IMG/VR virus record: IMGVR_UViG_3300013936_000014
DNA: 64,000 nt
Direction: 5' to 3' (one strand)
Origin: a virus
Taxonomy: Duplodnaviria; Caudoviricetes
Made by a program: the position numbers and the translations under genes. The notes under the pieces were generated by a model. That model was not told where the DNA came from. It made no database searches and worked only from the letters and a program-made list of their open reading frames with translations. Below, piece after piece: positions 60,223 through 64,000 of the stretch (the stretch's first letter is position 1; each line of letters opens with the position of its first letter).

Positions 60223-60876
60223 ATGAGTATGTCACAGAACCAAATCAAAAAAGTCAAGATCACCGATCTGGAAATCGGAACGGGAGTCGTCTACAAGGAC
60301 AATGAGGGCAAATTCTTCCGTCTTTCTTGGGTGGAGGACAGCACCTCTCCCAGAGAGAGGGGGATAAGCGGAAGGCAATTGACCTTCTACACCTGGATCG
60401 AAGGGTATCGAAGCCCCGACGCCTGCAACAAGACAATGAAGGAATTCTATGGTTCCTTCGGCGCCAAGAACACCGAAGAGCTCCTGGAGAACATGGACAA
60501 AAAAGGCTATTTCGTGAAGCCCGTCTATGCGATGATCCATTCGGGGATCTACTACTCCTTGAAAGACTTCCGCGATCCATATGACAGCGGATTGGCCGGA
60601 TTCATCTTCGTGCCAAAGAAATGGATTGTGCACGAGTCCGAAGCCTCTTTCGAAGGGGTCGCCGAAATGGAGGTGAAAGAGTACAGCGCCTGGGCCAATG
60701 GCGAGGTGTGGGCCGTTGAACGCCTGGACAAAGAAGGAAATGTCATCGATGGCTCCCACATTGTCTTCGGGGAGGGAGAGCTCGAAGACATAGACGACGC
60801 CCTCCGAGAAGCCATGATAGCCCCTCAATGGGAATACGAGGTGGCGAAGGTGAAGACCTTCACCGTCTTGGAATAG
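60223..60876 (+). CDS. Conserved-looking hypothetical phage protein
   Basis: SD GAAAGGAG; HSG...DSG..GFI...Y..W.NGEV pattern. Confidence 0.65.
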   Translation: MSMSQNQIKKVKITDLEIGTGVVYKDNEGKFFRLSWVEDSTSPRERGISGRQLTFYTWIEGYRSPDACNKTMKEFYGSFGAKNTEELLENMDKKGYFVKPVYAMIHSGIYYSLKDFRDPYDSGLAGFIFVPKKWIVHESEASFEGVAEMEVKEYSAWANGEVWAVERLDKEGNVIDGSHIVFGEGELEDIDDALREAMIAPQWEYEVAKVKTFTVLE

Positions 60877-60948
60877 CGTCCGAAAAAACAATTCCCTTTG
60901 CGGCGGGGTTATGCCGCAACGCCATTGAGGCAATAGGAGGAAACAAAA

Positions 60949-61584
60949 ATGCCAAATTATGTGAAAAATGCAATAACCTTCAAAACAACCGAAGGTTTGG
61001 AGAGATTCAAGAAGGCTTATATGCCGGACGGAGAATTCTCCTTCAATTCCATAGACGAGATGCCCGCGTCTCTGGACATCGAAAGGGGCGGCAAAACGCT
61101 GCTTGCTTTCAAGATATACGTCACCAAGAACCATATAGAAGGCGTCGAATATCCTTTGACTCTGGATTTGACCCCCGAAAAGCTCGAAGAGGTGTATTCT
61201 CACCTTTCCGAGAAAGAAAAGAAAGATTACCTGAGACTCGGAGAGCAGATAGTCTCCAATCTCAGAGAATACGGCTGTGCCGACTGGTATGAGTGGAGGA
61301 TTTCCCATTGGGGCACGAAATGGGACGCGAAAGAGGTTCAGATCGACGCGAAAACCCACTCGATCGTATTCCAGACGGCGTGGTCGGCTCCGATGCCGAT
61401 CATAGAGAAGATCGCAAGGGAAATGAAATCCCAATTCGCGTTCTCTTATGCAGATGAGGATATCGGCTATAATTGCGGAGTGTTCCTCTTTGGGGGAAAA
61501 TACGGGTCCCAAGGATTCGGAGCGGAGATGAGCGGGACGCCGGAAGGGAAGGAATTGGCCAAAAGACTATGGGACGCGGAATAG
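60949..61584 (+). CDS. DUF1281/YubB ferredoxin-like family protein
   Basis: MPNYVKN...DWYEWRISHWGTKW...FQTAWSAP. Confidence 0.75.
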   Translation: MPNYVKNAITFKTTEGLERFKKAYMPDGEFSFNSIDEMPASLDIERGGKTLLAFKIYVTKNHIEGVEYPLTLDLTPEKLEEVYSHLSEKEKKDYLRLGEQIVSNLREYGCADWYEWRISHWGTKWDAKEVQIDAKTHSIVFQTAWSAPMPIIEKIAREMKSQFAFSYADEDIGYNCGVFLFGGKYGSQGFGAEMSGTPEGKELAKRLWDAE

Positions 61585-61610
61585 CCGCGGCGAAAAAAAA
61601 GGAGGCAACC

Positions 61611-61721
61611 ATGAAAAACGAACAGAAAGTCTACGCAGAGATCTATTCTTACGGGGTTTCGGACCACATCGTATGGACAAAGTCCATAACATCTTCAATA
61701 AGAAGTACGACAGTCTTTTAA
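61611..61721 (+). pseudogene. Chimeric gene stub
   Basis: 61623-61672 is identical to 62447-62496 (5' part of gene 62438) and is fused to the 3' end of gene 63146. Confidence 0.75.
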
Positions 61722-61798
61722 ATTAAGGTCTGTTGTCAATTCCCGTCCCGAGCATGACGCTAAAAGGCTCTGGTTGGACTTCCATTAAAAGTCAACGA
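61672..61798 (+). repeat. 127-bp direct repeat, copy 1
   Basis: Matches 63391-63517 with 3 mismatches. Confidence 0.9.
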
Positions 61799-61823
61799 TG
61801 TGTTCATTAGGAGGAAAACAAAA

Positions 61824-62420
61824 ATGGCTAACATTTGTTCAAACCAATACCGCTTCGTCTTCTCGACGGAAGAAGCGGCGAAGAAATTTGTCGAATTCGT
61901 AGAAAAGGAGACCGAAGAAAACTCTTCGGTTTATTTGCTCGGCATCAAAGCCGGCATCGCCGATGCGAATAACAGAGACGTTAGAGAATGGGAGGATACC
62001 GTGTCCTTCCGTTCTCCAGAAAACAAAAAAGAGGTGATGATTTACTCCGAGTCGAAATGGACGCCCTGTCCGAACGCTTGGAACGACATTGCGAAGACCT
62101 TCGACGAGAGGGTCGCAACATATTACGAGGCCGAAGAACCAGGATGCGGAATTTGGGCTTCTAATGACCCGGATTTCATTGGGAAATTTGTCGTCGATCC
62201 TTGTGTCGGGGAGGGATTCCCCGAAATTGATAAACTCAATTATGGGGTTTACAACTACGAAGAAGTCGTGAAAATTCTTGATAGACTTCTAACAGGGAAA
62301 GGAGCCGGAATCCTTGATGATCTTGAGACGTTGCTCTCGAAATTGAAGGCATCCAAGTACAAGGATGTTTTGTACGTTAATGAGATCATTGAGCAGCCAC
62401 TCTCTAACTGGAAACAGTAA
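61824..62420 (+). CDS. Hypothetical protein, YubB/DUF1281-related
   Basis: MANICSN...SKWTP...YEAEEPGCG. Confidence 0.6.
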   Translation: MANICSNQYRFVFSTEEAAKKFVEFVEKETEENSSVYLLGIKAGIADANNRDVREWEDTVSFRSPENKKEVMIYSESKWTPCPNAWNDIAKTFDERVATYYEAEEPGCGIWASNDPDFIGKFVVDPCVGEGFPEIDKLNYGVYNYEEVVKILDRLLTGKGAGILDDLETLLSKLKASKYKDVLYVNEIIEQPLSNWKQ

Positions 62421-62437
62421 GAAAAGGGGAATAGGAT

Positions 62438-62722
62438 ATGAAAAAGCAGAAAGTCTACGCAGAGATCTATTCTTACGGGGTTTCGGACCACATCGTGTGG
62501 TTCGACTCTCTGGAAGAGGCGGAAAAAGCGCTAGAAGAGCATATCGCCGCCATGCGGAAGGTCGGCGATTACGAGATCTTCAGAGATTCCGTTGCCGACG
62601 GGATCAAGATGACGGAGGGCGACATGTCCATCACCATCTACATCCCATCGGGAAACGACGACGAGTGCGACCTTAACGTCGCCTTTGTCATCATCAGACC
62701 AATGAAAGGAGAAGGGAAATGA
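62438..62722 (+). CDS. Hypothetical protein
   Basis: ORF in the early-type gene array. Confidence 0.6.
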   Translation: MKKQKVYAEIYSYGVSDHIVWFDSLEEAEKALEEHIAAMRKVGDYEIFRDSVADGIKMTEGDMSITIYIPSGNDDECDLNVAFVIIRPMKGEGK

Positions 62723-63054
62723 AAACGTATAATCTCAAAGTCGAAAAATGGAACATAGAAGAGGAGACGGGTTACAAACCGCTGTTCACCTTCTATGAGG
62801 ATTTCTCCATCGCGGAGCCCTTCGGGGCTTCCGCCGTCGAGGAGACTTTCGATAGGATCTTCGAAGAGTGGAAAGGGGATCATAAAGCCCTGACCGAACT
62901 CGTGATGGCCCTCAATTGGAAAGTCTGGGTTCTTTTCGAAAGGGGGTCCAAACTGGCGGAAGTCTATTCCAGACTTTGGAATAAGGCGGACAGCTATGCC
63001 GTCTCTCACCTCAAAGGCGAGGAACTGTCGTACTTCTACAGGACGACAGACTGA
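62719..63054 (+). CDS. Conserved-looking hypothetical phage protein
   Basis: TFYEDFSIAE.FG...LTELVMALNWK...YFYRTTD. Confidence 0.65.
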   Translation: MKTYNLKVEKWNIEEETGYKPLFTFYEDFSIAEPFGASAVEETFDRIFEEWKGDHKALTELVMALNWKVWVLFERGSKLAEVYSRLWNKADSYAVSHLKGEELSYFYRTTD

Positions 63055-63145
63055 AAACGATCCGGGGAAGGAAAACCCCTCAAACCGCTTTGGGGATTCA
63101 GCTCAAATCCCAGCGACATTGAAGCAATCATAGGAGGAAAACGAA

Positions 63146-63445
63146 ATGAAAGACTTCAAGAAATTAGCCAAGCTCGTCAAGGAGCTCGACGCTCAGGACA
63201 TCTGGGCCTACATGCTTGAGATCGCTACCGTCATCGACGGCAGAGGCGACCTCTCCGAAGGGCAGAAAGAGGATGCTTACTCTTTAGCGTCAACGGAATT
63301 CGAGAATTCCGAGGACAGCTCCATCGGCGCCAACGTCTTCGCCGAGGCGGCCATCGAAACCGTCTTGGATGAGGATTACGATGAGGATGATATGGACAAA
63401 GTCCATGACATCTTCAATGAGAAGTACGACAGTCTTTTAAATTAA
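63146..63445 (+). CDS. Small highly acidic protein
   Basis: SD AGGAGG; D/E-rich. Confidence 0.65.
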   Translation: MKDFKKLAKLVKELDAQDIWAYMLEIATVIDGRGDLSEGQKEDAYSLASTEFENSEDSSIGANVFAEAAIETVLDEDYDEDDMDKVHDIFNEKYDSLLN

Positions 63446-63517
63446 GGTCTGTTGTCAATTCCCGTCCCGAGTATGACGCTAAAAGGCTCTGGTTGGACTT
63501 CCATTAAAAGTCAACGA
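63391..63517 (+). repeat. 127-bp direct repeat, copy 2
   Basis: Matches 61672-61798 with 3 mismatches. Confidence 0.9.
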
Positions 63518-63540
63518 CGCGTGTTTTGATAGGAGGAAAA

Positions 63541-64000
63541 ATGATCATGAAAAACACAATTCAACAAAATTTGGCCGCCGCGGCGGCAGCCAAGAAGGCA
63601 GAAGAAGCGGCAAGGAAAGCAAGGGCCGCAGAGGAGGCCGAACGAGCAAAAATCGAGGCTTTTGCCAAAGAACATGCCGATGTCGGCATTTCCACGATAA
63701 AAGGCATCATCGATGCCGCGAAGAAAGGAGAGCTCTTCTTCATCGCCATGGGAAAAGACGGCTTGGTCGCCGATTATGCGACCTCCGCGAAAGACGCCCA
63801 AAAACACGTTGAATGGATTTACAAATCCGCCCGTGAAAACAAGGAGGAATTGCTTCTCGATTCCTCAGCCATCATGGCCGGCATGATGGAAATGCAAAGA
63901 AAGTTCCAGATCGCGCATGACGCGATCGAAGCGGGGCTAATCCCAGAAGACGTCATCATCGACGAAGACAACGTCGAACACTGGGTGGCGGGCAACAGAG
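63541..64000 (+). CDS. Hypothetical protein, 3' end runs off window
   Basis: SD AGGAGG, open frame MIMKNTIQQNL... to the window end. Confidence 0.6.
   Translation, partial: MIMKNTIQQNLAAAAAAKKAEEAARKARAAEEAERAKIEAFAKEHADVGISTIKGIIDAAKKGELFFIAMGKDGLVADYATSAKDAQKHVEWIYKSARENKEELLLDSSAIMAGMMEMQRKFQIAHDAIEAGLIPEDVIIDEDNVEHWVAGNR

Overview
A 64-kb segment of a large tailed dsDNA phage. The host is probably an anaerobic Firmicute (GGAGG Shine-Dalgarno sites, sigmaA-type promoters, class III ribonucleotide reductase), and the layout resembles SPbeta. The minus strand (1-51.1 kb) carries terminase, portal, prohead protease/scaffold, capsid, connector and tail genes, a holin, and four collagen-like fibre genes next to a GT2-TPR glycosyltransferase. 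It also carries RuvC-like and tyrosine recombinase genes, nrdD (split by a group I intron) and nrdG, Mtd_N-type fibre genes, an AT-rich cassette of three Pol-beta nucleotidyltransferases plus a radical SAM enzyme, phoH, a DUF2828 gene, and three free-standing Hef-like endonuclease genes. The plus strand (51.5-64 kb) carries a YonO-like single-subunit RNA polymerase split by a group I intron inside its DFDGD catalytic motif, followed by small early-type genes. The standout is 58.35-59.66 kb, where three different self-cleaving ribozyme classes (pistol, twister-sister, twister) lie in series on one strand. They would cut out a 318-nt mini-mRNA and an 877-nt, ORF-poor, densely structured RNA, each with 5'-OH and 2',3'-cyclic phosphate ends. 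This is a candidate natural ribozyme-processed, possibly circularised, large phage ncRNA system. All calls are by eye from motifs; no database searches were run.
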